Source: an uncultured Methanosarcinaceae archaeon
GTDB lineage: Archaea; Halobacteriota; Methanosarcinia; Methanosarcinales; Methanosarcinaceae
Length of the DNA stretch: 64,000 bases
NCBI GenBank assembly: GCA_963721455.1
Contig: CAVRJG010000052.1
Span: forward strand, 64,001-128,000
Direction of reading: 5' to 3'
Translations under genes and position numbers: made by a program
In this document: positions 31,443-42,390 of the stretch, one piece after another
Layout: each line of letters starts with the position of its first letter
Numbering within the stretch: the stretch's first letter is position 1
The notes under the pieces: model-generated
Told to the model about the DNA's origin: nothing
The model's input: the letters and a program-made list of their open reading frames with translations, nothing else
Database searches by the model: none

Positions 31443-33020
31443 ATGCAAAATACGGATACTACAAAGTATATCATTCATTCTAAAATTAATGCTGATGGGG
31501 TAATTGAACGTCCTGATATCGTAGGTGCGATCTTTGGCCAGACCGAGGGATTGCTTGGGGCTGATCTTGATTTACGTGACCTGCAAAAGACCGGCAGAAT
31601 TGGCAGGATCGAGGTAATGGTTACTGCTAAAGGAGGAAAGACCAAAGGAAATATCTTTGTCCCCTCAAGCCTTGATAAGGTTGAGACCTCCATTCTTGCC
31701 GCATCTCTTGAGACCATTGACAGGGTGGGACCCTGCAGTGCTAAAATTGAGGTCTTCCAGGTAGAAGACGTACGAGCTGTAAAGCGCAAGAAGATCATTG
31801 AAAGGGCAAAACTCATTTTCACCAAAATGTTTGATGAGACAGTGCCCGAATCACAGGAACTGGCAGATGAAGTCCGACAGTCTGTAAGGATTGATGAACT
31901 TACTTATTATGGAAAGTCCAGAATTCCCTGTGGGCCTAACGTTCTTAACTCCGATGCCATTATTATTGTTGAAGGTAGAGCTGACATCCTGACCCTGCTC
32001 CGCTACGGTATAAAGAACACTATCTGCGTGGGTGGAACAAACATTCCTCCTGAGGTTGCTGAGCTTACTAAAAAGAAGACCGTAACTGCTTTTACGGATG
32101 GAGATCGCGGGGGAGAACTCATTATACGTGAACTCCTGCAGGTGGCAGATATCGACTATGTTGCTCGCGCTCCAGATGGAAAATGTGTGGAAGATCTTGT
32201 TCAGAAGGAAGTTATCAGAGCCCTTCGCAGGAAAGTTCCTGTAGAACAGATCATTGAGAAATATGGGCTCCAGGAAAGGGACGGCGAAGAAAGTGTCTGC
32301 AGAGTAGAAAGGAGTTCTAAGAGAAAGATAAGGGCACCTGAAGTTGTTCCCAGGATTGCTGAGAAGAAGCTGCACAAGCGTGTTAAAGTACACAGGGTTT
32401 CCTCAAAATCAGACCTTTACGAAGAGGAGCCTTCGGAAGAAGAGACGGAAGAAGCAATCTCTGAAAAAGCTTTTGAAAAAACCTTTGAAAAGATCCCTGA
32501 AAAAGTTCCCGAAAAAACCTTTGAAAAGGTCTCTGAAAGGGTTCCCGTGATGGCAGAAAAAGTCGAAGCAAGACATGTCGTCGCAAAACCCCCGGTTTCC
32601 GCACGGGCAGTTACTGCTACCAGAGTCCCCAGAGGAAAGCCTCCAGCTGAAATGGTTTCGGCCGTGAAAGTTCCTGGGGGTGAGGCCGTCAGGGTCTCTC
32701 CTGCCCCGGTAAGGACAGTGTCTGTCTCTCCTGAGGCCGTCAGGTTCAGGCCTCATGTTGAAGCTCTGAAAGGGACTCTTACGGCCAGAATTCTTGACTC
32801 CGAGGACAAGGTAATAGAGGAAATTGCAGTCCGGGATCTTGCCAGCAGGTTGAAAACCTATAAGGACAATATCCGGAGTGTAGTCTTTGATGGTGTGATT
32901 ACCCAGAGGCTTGTTGATATCGCTTCAAGTAACGCAATTAAGAACCTGATAGGTGTAAAAATAGGAAATATTGCCAAAGTACCTGCTGATATGGAAGTTT
33001 TGACCTCAAGTATGATCTGA
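31443..33020 (+). CDS. dnaG: DnaG-like primase (archaeal, exosome-associated)
   Basis: [29 protein letters not shown] / FTDGDRGG, C-terminal [11 protein letters not shown]. Confidence 0.95.
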   Translation: MQNTDTTKYIIHSKINADGVIERPDIVGAIFGQTEGLLGADLDLRDLQKTGRIGRIEVMVTAKGGKTKGNIFVPSSLDKVETSILAASLETIDRVGPCSAKIEVFQVEDVRAVKRKKIIERAKLIFTKMFDETVPESQELADEVRQSVRIDELTYYGKSRIPCGPNVLNSDAIIIVEGRADILTLLRYGIKNTICVGGTNIPPEVAELTKKKTVTAFTDGDRGGELIIRELLQVADIDYVARAPDGKCVEDLVQKEVIRALRRKVPVEQIIEKYGLQERDGEESVCRVERSSKRKIRAPEVVPRIAEKKLHKRVKVHRVSSKSDLYEEEPSEEETEEAISEKAFEKTFEKIPEKVPEKTFEKVSERVPVMAEKVEARHVVAKPPVSARAVTATRVPRGKPPAEMVSAVKVPGGEAVRVSPAPVRTVSVSPEAVRFRPHVEALKGTLTARILDSEDKVIEEIAVRDLASRLKTYKDNIRSVVFDGVITQRLVDIASSNAIKNLIGVKIGNIAKVPADMEVLTSSMI

Positions 33021-33494
33021 GAGATCTTTACTTCTTTCAGTTTCTTTTTTCTGTTTTCAGTTTCCTTTTTCTGTTTTCAGTTTCTCTTTTGTTTTTTCAA
33101 GATTTTACTCTCTTTTTTGTTTCTCTTCTTAATCCGAATTTTTTTATTTTTTCATAATTTCACTTTCTTCCAACCGTAATTGCCTCATCTCCCACCGATT
33201 TTCTAAAACTGGTATTCTTATATTCCTCATTCCCTCCTGAAGTCGATCATCTCCTGGCTATTATCTTATGTATAATATTTATGTATGGGGCCTTTGGAAT
33301 CACTACGATTTGGCATTATTTCACACTACGGTGCTAAACTTCACACTTTCTGCCATAATCCTTCATTATTTATCATACACATTATATGAAAAACTTTATC
33401 ATGGAAAACTAGGAAATAAGTTTCCTCGGGCAATTCTTTTATCCGATTCAAGATAATATTCAATTGATCTTGTAAAATTGTAGGTCTGTTCGCT

Positions 33495-33773
33495 ATGCAC
33501 AAGGAAGAGCTCATACAACTGCACACATATATGGCCCAAATGAAGAGGTACTTTGAAAGGCACGGGGTAACGCACGAATTCGATGATTACAAGGCTTTAT
33601 CCATAAGCCCTGTACATATTCACCGGAGCAAGGCAGACCACAAGCGCGCAATTTTTATTTTAGGAGGCGAGCTTGCGACCCTTATGTCCCGGGATGACCC
33701 TATCTTTGAGGAAACATCGGTCCAGATGAGGGAATCTCTCAATTCCGTCATCAAGCTCATGGGTAATAACTGA
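33495..33773 (+). CDS. UPF0058 family protein
   Basis: MHKEELIQLH...Y..L.ISPVHIHRSKADHK.AIF. Confidence 0.85.
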   Translation: MHKEELIQLHTYMAQMKRYFERHGVTHEFDDYKALSISPVHIHRSKADHKRAIFILGGELATLMSRDDPIFEETSVQMRESLNSVIKLMGNN

Positions 33774-34287
33774 TAGGACCCCTGAAGGTAGCAAAGAATT
33801 CGTTGTCTGAAAATATTGGTTCAAGATATTTTTGTTTTGAGATCAAGAGACGGTATGGGTGCAGGTGCATTTTCATCACCATACCATCCTCTCCATCTGA
33901 GTAATATTTTTTTTCGGTCCAGCAGGGTACAAATCCTATGGATCTGTATAATTTTTGTGCTCCTGTATTACTACTTCTCACTTCCAGTCTTGCGTATTTA
34001 AGTCTGTTTGCCACAAAGATGTCACAGATAGCATGGATCAGTCCAGTACCTATTCTTCTTCCCCGATATTCTTCTTTGACACCAATGGAAAAAATATGCC
34101 CTTCGTTTTCTGCGGAACGGTAGCCTACGACATACCCCACGACTTTTCCGTCCTGTTCCGCGACAAGGAAACTGTCTCCCACCATTTCGTAAAAACTCAT
34201 ATAAACGAGGGAGTTATGCTCCGAAAAGGCCTCTCTTTCAATTTCGACTACTTCTTGGAAGTCCTCAGGTGCAAAACGCCTTATCAT
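33757..34287 (-). CDS. rimI: RimI-like GNAT N-acetyltransferase
   Basis: IGV..EYRGRRIG, LEVRSSN..AQKLY..GF, YYSDGED. Confidence 0.85.
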   Translation of the reverse strand: MIRRFAPEDFQEVVEIEREAFSEHNSLVYMSFYEMVGDSFLVAEQDGKVVGYVVGYRSAENEGHIFSIGVKEEYRGRRIGTGLIHAICDIFVANRLKYARLEVRSSNTGAQKLYRSIGFVPCWTEKKYYSDGEDGMVMKMHLHPYRLLISKQKYLEPIFSDNEFFATFRGPISYYP

Positions 34288-34502
34288 AATATCTTATATT
34301 TATCATAATATCTTATATATTCCTGCCATTTTATTATTTCTTCGCGAAGAAAGTGTCCCTTTCTGGAATCCTGCAGTTAGGATTTCTCATAAATCTGTTT
34401 CATAATTCATGGATTACAGAGTTCATGATAATCCAGGCTGACAGCACCAGGTCCAAAGGTTCTAAATATATCTTTTATAGCTCATTTTAAGGATCAGTGT
34501 AC

Positions 34503-36383
34503 TCAGAGTTTCTTAACGTGCCGGATATCCACTGCAACTCCTCTACGGGATTCCACCATCTCCTTTCCGCTCATCATGGCCCGGCCTACACAGAGGGCTC
34601 TTTTTCCAATGACAATTACTTCATCATTCGGCCTTATTCCCGGATCTGCCTGAATCACTCCGGGGGCAAGAATGGAACCACGTGGGACAAAATCATCAAT
34701 TTTTACCATATACTTCTCACTTTTTACCATCAGTTCCGCCCCTTCGAGGGAAAGGGCAAGCATCCCGTACTGCGGAACCAGAGTTGCAAGCTGTTTTTTC
34801 CCGTCAAAGAGCTGGTGCTTTGGGAAACGGCCTTTGACCGCAAGCTTTCCAGCTTCTTCAGAGAAAAGAAGTCCGGCATCTTCTCCAAACTGATAACCTG
34901 CAATTGCTCTCAGGAAATTCTTTTTCTCCTCTTCCGCATTCAGGCTTTTCTTGCTGAAATTTTCGGCTGCGCAAAGAGATTCAACGGTATTCTTAAGGTT
35001 TGACAGGGCCTCCATAGACACAAGGCTTTCTCTGGCAGTGTAGACTATTTCGATGCCCAGTTTGCTCGCCACTCTTTCACAGATTTCCCTGTATGCCCCT
35101 TCTACATGGGCAACCACTGCCTTATACCTGTATTTTGAGAGATAAGCCTCAAGGCAGCCGGAAACCCAGGCTTTTTCTTCTTCGTCCCAGTGCCCTGTAA
35201 CCGCAGTGTCGTAATGGGATGCAGGGTATGTAAGTTCCAGTTCCCTGGGCACTATTCCAAGGGGCGAGGTTAAAATCACTTCATGGACAAATTTCCGGTA
35301 TTTTCCAAGGGCCAGAATGAATTTCTGATGGGATTGGGAAGTTGAATAAGGTTTTCTGGCCGCACACGGGAGGAGCAGGAGGATATCAAGATCAGGAGGT
35401 GTATACCTCTCCTGTATGCGCCGTGCAAACCTTGCCACTTCTATTCTGGATAGGGCTTCGGAAGTATCTGCAAGGAGCTGGTTTTGCCGGAAAGCAGGAA
35501 CTCTTTCCTCAAGGTAAGAATATTCGAAATCCCCAAGCCTGAGCAGGGCTGTAAGCCAGGGCCTGACCCTGCACTGGCCTTCAACATATTCCCTGAGTGT
35601 TCCTGCCCGGATTTTTTCTCGCACAAGAGAAAGTTCGGCTTCGAGGGCATCCCTGTTATGAGCTGAAATGAGCTTTGCTCTTTCGATTTTCGGGAGCTTC
35701 CGGACCTCTGCGGGACTGGTTGCAGCACATGCCCTGCATCTGCAGGGGAACTCTGTAAGGGAGTCAAGATAAAAACGGCCTGCTGCTGTCAGATAGATGT
35801 CTGAATAGGCTGCAATTTCTGCCCTGGTATCATCCAGAATATCGATTCCGAGATAAGCCAGCATCGCTACATTTTCAGGAAGAGCCAGGTTGGGGGCGTA
35901 CAGAGCTGTATCCGGAGGTATATGGCTTTTGAGATCTATCACTGTCTTCAGAAATCGTCGTGCATTATTTTCTAGAGTACCTGCCCCTTCCATTACATAA
36001 AGGTCGGTTTTCTCAAGTTTTCCTCCTGTTCTTAGAAGAGAACCTGTTGGGCCTTCATCTTCAGGGTTTCTGCTATTGGTGGCAGTAAACGTTTTTGCTT
36101 CCCCGACCGATTCGACTGGAATGGCAGGCGGATAAGCCTGATGAGGCAGGATTATGAGGGTCCCGTTTCCTGCTTTTTCCCGGATTTGGTTTACGCGTGC
36201 TTTAAGCTCTGCCCGGGATTCCGTACCCCAGAAGCTGCCTGCATCAACAACAGGGCCTGGGCTCTCAAGGTTTCCAAGCTCTGCCGTATTCAGAATGCAG
36301 GGAGTACGAAGTTCGGGAGACAGCAGGAGTTTTCCGATCCTTGCTGCTCCGTCTCTCTGTTCTATCTCAAAGTACTGTGTCAT
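34503..36383 (-). CDS. arcS: archaeosine synthase subunit alpha (TgtA2/ArcS)
   Basis: TGT-like N-terminus DGAARIG, LLPCAARKPYS.SQSH, TSPLGIVPRELE, C-terminal PUA domain. Confidence 0.9.
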   Translation of the reverse strand: MTQYFEIEQRDGAARIGKLLLSPELRTPCILNTAELGNLESPGPVVDAGSFWGTESRAELKARVNQIREKAGNGTLIILPHQAYPPAIPVESVGEAKTFTATNSRNPEDEGPTGSLLRTGGKLEKTDLYVMEGAGTLENNARRFLKTVIDLKSHIPPDTALYAPNLALPENVAMLAYLGIDILDDTRAEIAAYSDIYLTAAGRFYLDSLTEFPCRCRACAATSPAEVRKLPKIERAKLISAHNRDALEAELSLVREKIRAGTLREYVEGQCRVRPWLTALLRLGDFEYSYLEERVPAFRQNQLLADTSEALSRIEVARFARRIQERYTPPDLDILLLLPCAARKPYSTSQSHQKFILALGKYRKFVHEVILTSPLGIVPRELELTYPASHYDTAVTGHWDEEEKAWVSGCLEAYLSKYRYKAVVAHVEGAYREICERVASKLGIEIVYTARESLVSMEALSNLKNTVESLCAAENFSKKSLNAEEEKKNFLRAIAGYQFGEDAGLLFSEEAGKLAVKGRFPKHQLFDGKKQLATLVPQYGMLALSLEGAELMVKSEKYMVKIDDFVPRGSILAPGVIQADPGIRPNDEVIVIGKRALCVGRAMMSGKEMVESRRGVAVDIRHVKKL

Positions 36384-36646
36384 GTTTGTCCTCTTATGTC
36401 TACCAGAATGTAAAGGTTTGTCCTGCACTTTTTCCTGAAAGTTTCTTTTACTGCCTGCTTTTTTAGAGCTGAAGGGTTCTCTTCTTTACGTTTTATTTCT
36501 CAGTGGCTTTTCAGGAGGAAGAATTATGGTATATTCTTATATATTATTACTCTTGATTATTTGCTGCAACTCATTCCTTATTGATCTGTCTCCAGCCGTG
36601 ACAGAAATTCTATTTTTCACATCTGAATCCTAATTTGAGGTCTATA

Positions 36647-38017
36647 ATGGATATAACTGCAGAACTTCGAAAAATTGTCGGCGTGCGGCTCTCGGTCTCG
36701 CCTTCGGAACTTTATTGTTACTCTTCTGACGCATCCCAGGTCAAGGGAATGCCTGATTACGTAGTACGCCCGGAGAGCACTGAAGAGGTAAGCCGTATTG
36801 TCAGGCTTGCTTATGAGAATAATATCCCGGTGACTGCAAGGGGAGCAGGCACCGGACTTGCAGGCGGGGCAGTTCCTGTTAGAGGGGGTATCGTGCTGGA
36901 TATGTCGGGTATGAACCGCATTCTTGAAATCGATATTGACAATATCCAGGTAATGGTGGAGCCTGGAATAATCCAGGACGCTTTAAATAACGCGCTAAAG
37001 CCGTATGGGTTTTTCTTTCCTCCCAATCCCGGCAGTTCAGCTATGTGTACTATCGGGGGCATGATAGCTTATAACGCAAGCGGAATGCGCTGTGTTAAAT
37101 ACGGTACCACGAGAAACTATGTCCGCGACCTGGAAGTGGTTCTTGCAGACGGAACCGTTATCCATACAGGCTCAAAAATGCTGAAATCCGCTGCAGGCTA
37201 TGATCTGACTCAGCTTATTATAGGTTCAGAGGGCACACTCGGAATCGTCACGAAAGCCAGCCTGAAAGTTGCCCCTCTCCCGAAAACCCGAAAACTGGTT
37301 ATCGCCTCCTTTGAAAATGCGGAAATTGCAGGGAAAGCGGTTGTAAAAACGTTCTCAAACGGGGTCGTTCCTTCAGCCTGCGAGATTCTGGATAGAGTTT
37401 CCCTGCAGGTTCTCAAACGTTACGACCCGAAACTCGTGCTTCCTTCGGAAGGGGACGTCCTTCTCTTCGAAGTTGACGGCACTGAAAGCTCGGCACGTGA
37501 AGCTGCAGAGCAGATAATGAAAGTCTGTTCTCCCCTGGCTCTTTCCATAAAGCTTGCGGAAAGTGAAAAGGAAATGGCAGACATCTGGGCAGCCCGGAAG
37601 CTTGTAGGAGCCGCAGTTTCCCGCCTGGACCCTACAAAAACCCGTATTTATGTCGGAGAAGACGTGGGAGTTCCCATAAAAAGGATTCCAGAACTGCTAA
37701 GGAGGGTACAGGAAATTTCTGAGAAATTCAACCTTCCTGCTATGAAGTACGGACACATAGGAGACGGAAACCTGCACCTTGCCCTCTTTATTGATGTCCT
37801 GAATAAAGACGAGTGGGACCGCCTGAACAAGGCCGCAGACCTGATCCACAGGACAGCGATTGAGCTTGGGGGCACAGTCAGTTCCGAGCATGGTGTAGGT
37901 GCAGCCAGGGCTGAGTACATGGAAGCCCAGTGGGGCCCCGCCCTTGAGGTAATGCGTGCAATCAAAAAGGTCCTTGACCCGAAAGGTATACTAAATCCGG
38001 GCAAATTGGGGTTGTGA
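36647..38017 (+). CDS. FAD-linked oxidase, GlcD/D-lactate dehydrogenase-like
   Basis: ARGAGTGLAGG, PNPGS..CTIGG, KYGTT, GSEGTLG, GHIGDGNLH, EHGVG, NPGK. Confidence 0.9.
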   Translation: MDITAELRKIVGVRLSVSPSELYCYSSDASQVKGMPDYVVRPESTEEVSRIVRLAYENNIPVTARGAGTGLAGGAVPVRGGIVLDMSGMNRILEIDIDNIQVMVEPGIIQDALNNALKPYGFFFPPNPGSSAMCTIGGMIAYNASGMRCVKYGTTRNYVRDLEVVLADGTVIHTGSKMLKSAAGYDLTQLIIGSEGTLGIVTKASLKVAPLPKTRKLVIASFENAEIAGKAVVKTFSNGVVPSACEILDRVSLQVLKRYDPKLVLPSEGDVLLFEVDGTESSAREAAEQIMKVCSPLALSIKLAESEKEMADIWAARKLVGAAVSRLDPTKTRIYVGEDVGVPIKRIPELLRRVQEISEKFNLPAMKYGHIGDGNLHLALFIDVLNKDEWDRLNKAADLIHRTAIELGGTVSSEHGVGAARAEYMEAQWGPALEVMRAIKKVLDPKGILNPGKLGL

Positions 38018-39174
38018 AAACCATGAAAAACGAAGGAAAAAAGGAAACTGAGCAGGCAAAAGAGCTGGATAAAATCGAAATAAGAGAGGAAAAAGGAAAA
38101 GAGCAGCCCTTTGAAGTTGACCGCAGATCGGTTTATAGATGCGTGCAGTGCGGGACTTGCCGCTCTGTCTGCCCTGTCTTTGATGTTGTCGGCTGGGAAT
38201 CTGCTAACACGCGCGGAAGAATGCTCATTATAAAAAGTCTGCTCGAGGGCAGGCCGCCGTCAGAAGATGTCCTCTCAAGCCTGGCTTCGTGTACAACCTG
38301 CGGGATCTGTGCTGCCAAATGCCCTGCAGGAGCAAATCCGCCAGAGGTCGTGGAAGCCGCCCGTGCCCAGCTTGTTAAATGCGGCATTACAACTGAAGCC
38401 CAGGAAAAATTAAAGTCAGCGGTCATGACATACGGAAACTCTTTCGGGGAAACGAAGGATCGCAAACACTGGCTTTCCGAAACAGAACGCTCAAAGCTGC
38501 CTGAAAAGTCGGATTACGTCTATTTCGTGGGCTGCTTTGATTCTTACCGCTACCCGGAGTTTGCAAAAAAGACATTTAAAGTTCTGCAACGCTACGGAGT
38601 AACTCTCCTGCCGGATGAGCAGTGCTGTGCTTCTCCTCTTCTGCGTACCGGATTCAGGGAAGATGCAGAAAAGGTCATGGAACGCAACCTTGAGCAGATC
38701 AGGAAAGTGGGAGCCCACACAATTATCACAAGCTGCGCCGGCTGTTACACAACCCTCAAGAACAACTATCCCGGAGAGCTCCGCGTCATCAGCCTCCCCG
38801 AGTTCCTTGCCGAGCATCTGGATGAACTCAAGCTGAAGAAACTTGACCTTACAGTCACCTACCATGATCCCTGCCACCTGGGCAGGCACAATAAGATTTA
38901 TGATGCTCCAAGGAAAGTCATCCAGGCAATCTGTACCCTCAAAGAAATGAAAAATATCAAAGAAGATTCCCGCTGCTGCGGCGGCGGAGGAGGGGTAAGG
39001 ATAGGGTATCCTGACATTTCCCTTGAACTTGCAAGAAAAAGGCTTAAAGACGTGCCCGAAGGCGTGGACTATATAGTTACCTCCTGCCCCCTCTGCGTAA
39101 GGAACCTCAGGGACGCAGGTGGAGATATCGAGGTTATAGATATTGTAGAACTCGTGGCAATGGCGATGAAGTAA
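38014..39174 (+). CDS. Fe-S oxidoreductase, GlcF/HdrD-like (2x4Fe-4S plus CCG domains)
   Basis: two CxxCxxCxxxCP motifs; YHDPCHLGR, CCGGGGG, SCPLC; start overlaps the upstream stop. Confidence 0.88.
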   Translation: MKTMKNEGKKETEQAKELDKIEIREEKGKEQPFEVDRRSVYRCVQCGTCRSVCPVFDVVGWESANTRGRMLIIKSLLEGRPPSEDVLSSLASCTTCGICAAKCPAGANPPEVVEAARAQLVKCGITTEAQEKLKSAVMTYGNSFGETKDRKHWLSETERSKLPEKSDYVYFVGCFDSYRYPEFAKKTFKVLQRYGVTLLPDEQCCASPLLRTGFREDAEKVMERNLEQIRKVGAHTIITSCAGCYTTLKNNYPGELRVISLPEFLAEHLDELKLKKLDLTVTYHDPCHLGRHNKIYDAPRKVIQAICTLKEMKNIKEDSRCCGGGGGVRIGYPDISLELARKRLKDVPEGVDYIVTSCPLCVRNLRDAGGDIEVIDIVELVAMAMK

Positions 39175-39421
39175 TTTTAGCTGCCTGTTTCTCACTTGAT
39201 TTTTACTGCGGGCCGGCTTTATCCGGCTCAACCCATTCTTTTTTCTGCTCCTGAGAAATTGTTTCATCTTTCAATTTTATATTTCAGGATAGCGCACTAG
39301 AAAACTCTCTGTCTTCTATTAACGGCGTATCACAGCATATTTTTATCTCCGTAAAACGATTCTTGTTTACTGAATTCTATAACAAATATAAGTTTTGGAA
39401 GTAAGTTAGGAGAATAGGATC

Positions 39422-39679
39422 GTGAGTTGTAGACCGATAACATTTCGTAAAGTTCCGCCTGATACATTTAAGTGTATGAAAAAGAAGCTTCAGAATTACG
39501 GTATCCATGTCCCGCCGGGAAACAGAGGAGAACTTTCTGGCAAAGGGATTACTGCGGATTTCGAATGGGACGGAATGTCCAATCTTACCATCAGAATCAC
39601 GGAAAAACCTTTTATCGTCAGCTGTGAAATCGTGGCCCAGAAGATAAAACATTTTGTAAAAGAGTGCCACGGTTCGTAA
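39422..39679 (+). CDS. small hypothetical protein (paralog of the next gene)
   Basis: shares CMKKKLQNYGI..PGN.G...G.GI.A.F.WDG with the next ORF; SD-like AGGAG upstream. Confidence 0.75.
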   Translation: MSCRPITFRKVPPDTFKCMKKKLQNYGIHVPPGNRGELSGKGITADFEWDGMSNLTIRITEKPFIVSCEIVAQKIKHFVKECHGS

Positions 39680-39704
39680 AGGAAATCCGGAATCGGGATG
39701 AAGT

Positions 39705-39986
39705 ATGGGCGAAAGAAAACTGGATACTGAAGGCTGCCAGGGAATTAGATTCAAAAATGTGACTCCTGATGTGTTTTCCTGCATGAAGAAAAAACTCCAG
39801 AATTACGGGATTGAAACTTCACCCGGAAACTCCGGGATGCTTGAAGGAAACGGAATAGTTGCCAGTTTTAGCTGGGATGGGGAGGCAAACCTGATAATTG
39901 AGATCAAGGAAAGGTCTCTGAACACTTACTGCGGGCAGGTAAGCGGAACACTCAGGGCTTTCCTGCGCGAGTGCCAGGGATTTTGA
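39705..39986 (+). CDS. small hypothetical protein (paralog of the previous gene)
   Basis: conserved with the upstream ORF at protein level despite DNA divergence. Confidence 0.75.
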   Translation: MGERKLDTEGCQGIRFKNVTPDVFSCMKKKLQNYGIETSPGNSGMLEGNGIVASFSWDGEANLIIEIKERSLNTYCGQVSGTLRAFLRECQGF

Positions 39987-40074
39987 GGGAAACCTGACTT
40001 TTCCCCGAAAACATAATTTCTTCCATTCCTGGTTCTTTGAAGCCCGCACGTTTTTGATAAGTTGGGCTCCGGAT

Positions 40075-42285
40075 TTACCCTCTTTTTCTTCTTATCAAAC
40101 ATTTATGGGCATTTCCTATAAGGTCAAGTCTTCCTGCCTTTTCCAGGGCTTCATATACAAGCTCATAGTTTGCAGGGCTCCTGTAGTGCATAAGGGCTCT
40201 CTGCATGGCTTTTTCTTTTTTGCCCCTCGCAACGTATATTTTTTTGCCGGTGAACGGGTCAAGCTCTGTGTAATACATGCAGGTCGATACTGTCATAGGG
40301 GTTGGAGTAAAATCCTGTACCTGTTCTGTGTAGCCCCCGTGGTCCCGTACATACTCTGCCATTTCGATCATATCTTCAAGAGTGCAGCCCGGGTGGCCTG
40401 ACATCAGGTAGTTTACAATGTACTGTCGCTTGCCGCACTTCCTGTTGAGAGCTGTAAATTTTTCGGCAAATTTTTCGTAGACTTCTCTGCCGGGTTTGCA
40501 CATCGCATTCGTGACTCGCTTTGAGAAATGTTCAGGTGCGATTCTCAACTGTCCGCTAATGTGGTGGGCGCAAAGTTCTTCGAGGTACTTTTCATCCTCA
40601 AGAGCCAGGTCGTAGCGCACTCCATAGCCTGTAAAGACCTGCCTGACTCCTGGAAGTTCGCGCAGGCGGCGCAGGAGCTCGAGCAGCTTTTTGTGGCTGG
40701 TATCCAGGGCAGGGCAAATGCGGGGATAGAGGCAGGATTTGTCCAGGCAGGCTCCTTTCTTCCCCCAGGTTTTGCACTCCAGGCCGTACATGTTGGCGCT
40801 GGGGCCGCCTACCCCGTTTATAATGCCTTTGAAATCCGGCTTTTCTGTGAGTTTTTTTGCTTCACGCAGGACGGACTCGATGCTGCGGCTTGCAATCATG
40901 CGTCCCTGGTGCTGCGTAATTGCACAGAAAGCGCAGCCTCCGAAGCAGCCCCTGTGCGTTGTCAGGGAGAATTTTACCATTTCCAGGGCAGGGATAGGTT
41001 CTGTATAGGAGGGGTGGGCTTCGCCAGTGAACGGCAGCTCATATACATGGTCCATTTCAGCGTCTGTCAGGAGACGCATAGGCCTGTTCTGCACGATGAC
41101 GGTTTTCGGGTGAGGCTGGACAACACCTTTTCCAGTAACAGGATTCTGTTCCGTGAAATATTTGCGGAAAGCCTCTGCAAAGGCTGCTTTATCCTGAGAA
41201 ACGTCGGAAAAGGAAGGAATTTCAACGTATTCTTTTAAAAATTCGGCTGCATCCTCAGTTGTTTTCCCAGCTTTCTGTTCAGGTCCGTCCTGTTCATTCT
41301 GTTCTTTCTCTGTCTTTTTGCCTCTTTCTTTGAGTTCTTTCCAGGCTTTAACTTCCATCTTCCAGACCGTGCCCGGAATGTCTTTTATATCTCTGATACT
41401 TTCCCCGGCCTGTAAGCGTCTTGCAATTTCTACGATCTGAAGTTCTCCCATGCCGTAGACCACGAGATCGGCAGGCGCATCAGCCAGAATGGATTGCCTG
41501 GCCTTGTCCGAAAGATAGTCGTAATGGGCAAAACGCCGTAAGGAAGCCTCAATACCCCCCAGCACGATAGGCACATCAGGAAAAGCTTCTTTTATCCTGT
41601 TTGAGTAAATAATTGTAGCTCGGTTCGGGCGAAGCCCTGTTTTGTTTCCGGGGGAATATGCGTCCTTTTCTCGAGGCTTCAGGCCCGCGGTCAGGTTGCT
41701 GACCATTGAATCAGTATTCCCGGCGCTTACGGAAAAGAAAAGTCTGGGTTTTCCAAGTTTTCTGAAGTCTTCAGGGCTGTCCCAGCGCGGCTGGGCAATT
41801 ATTCCTACCCTGAAGCCAGCATTTTCAAGAACCCTTCCTATTATTGCGGTGCCGAAGCTGGAATGGTCTACATAGGCGTCTCCGGTGACCAGGATAATGT
41901 CCAGATCCTTCCAGCCGCGAGCTTTTACTTCTTCAGGGCTCATTGGAAGGAATTCTGATGCAGGTATGCGTGAAGAAACAGATTTTTCCGATTTTTTTGC
42001 CTTTTTTCCGGTCTTAGTTCCGGATCTTTTTTCCGGTTTTTTCCCTGTCTCTGCTGAGGGCTTTGCTTCTGTTTTCTGTCCGTCTGTTTTTTCGGATTTT
42101 GTCCTGGATCTCACTCCTGACTTTGCTTCTTCTCTTGCTTCTTCTTTTGCTTCTTGTCTTACTTCTTGTCTTACTTCTGCTTTTTTTGGGACAAAAAAAC
42201 CCTTTTTTCTGCTCAGCCCTTTTTTATCCGGTTTCTCCAGGCTGAATTTTTTATTTTCTTTTGAAACTTCCGTATCTTTCGCCAT
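40075..42285 (-). CDS. YgiQ (UPF0313) family radical SAM protein
   Basis: VTGDAYVDH, GNTDSMV, GGIEASLRR, HRGCFGGCAFC, QVQDFTPTP. Confidence 0.92.
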   Translation of the reverse strand: MAKDTEVSKENKKFSLEKPDKKGLSRKKGFFVPKKAEVRQEVRQEAKEEAREEAKSGVRSRTKSEKTDGQKTEAKPSAETGKKPEKRSGTKTGKKAKKSEKSVSSRIPASEFLPMSPEEVKARGWKDLDIILVTGDAYVDHSSFGTAIIGRVLENAGFRVGIIAQPRWDSPEDFRKLGKPRLFFSVSAGNTDSMVSNLTAGLKPREKDAYSPGNKTGLRPNRATIIYSNRIKEAFPDVPIVLGGIEASLRRFAHYDYLSDKARQSILADAPADLVVYGMGELQIVEIARRLQAGESIRDIKDIPGTVWKMEVKAWKELKERGKKTEKEQNEQDGPEQKAGKTTEDAAEFLKEYVEIPSFSDVSQDKAAFAEAFRKYFTEQNPVTGKGVVQPHPKTVIVQNRPMRLLTDAEMDHVYELPFTGEAHPSYTEPIPALEMVKFSLTTHRGCFGGCAFCAITQHQGRMIASRSIESVLREAKKLTEKPDFKGIINGVGGPSANMYGLECKTWGKKGACLDKSCLYPRICPALDTSHKKLLELLRRLRELPGVRQVFTGYGVRYDLALEDEKYLEELCAHHISGQLRIAPEHFSKRVTNAMCKPGREVYEKFAEKFTALNRKCGKRQYIVNYLMSGHPGCTLEDMIEMAEYVRDHGGYTEQVQDFTPTPMTVSTCMYYTELDPFTGKKIYVARGKKEKAMQRALMHYRSPANYELVYEALEKAGRLDLIGNAHKCLIRRKRG

Positions 42286-42390
42286 AATTTGCTTCCAGGC
42301 TCCTCATTCGCTTCAATCCCCGGTTAAACAGGCAGTGGGACTATTTTCATATCCGGCCCTTCTTTCTCAGACTGTCTTCCCAGACCGTCT

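Noticed and set aside
32462-32545. 12-bp repeats encoding EKxF/EKxP in dnaG
   Set aside because: Low-complexity in-frame linker between known domains.
40075-42285. Radical SAM gene as the archaeosine partner (RaSEA) of nearby arcS
   Set aside because: Motifs and size are those of YgiQ/UPF0313, not RaSEA.
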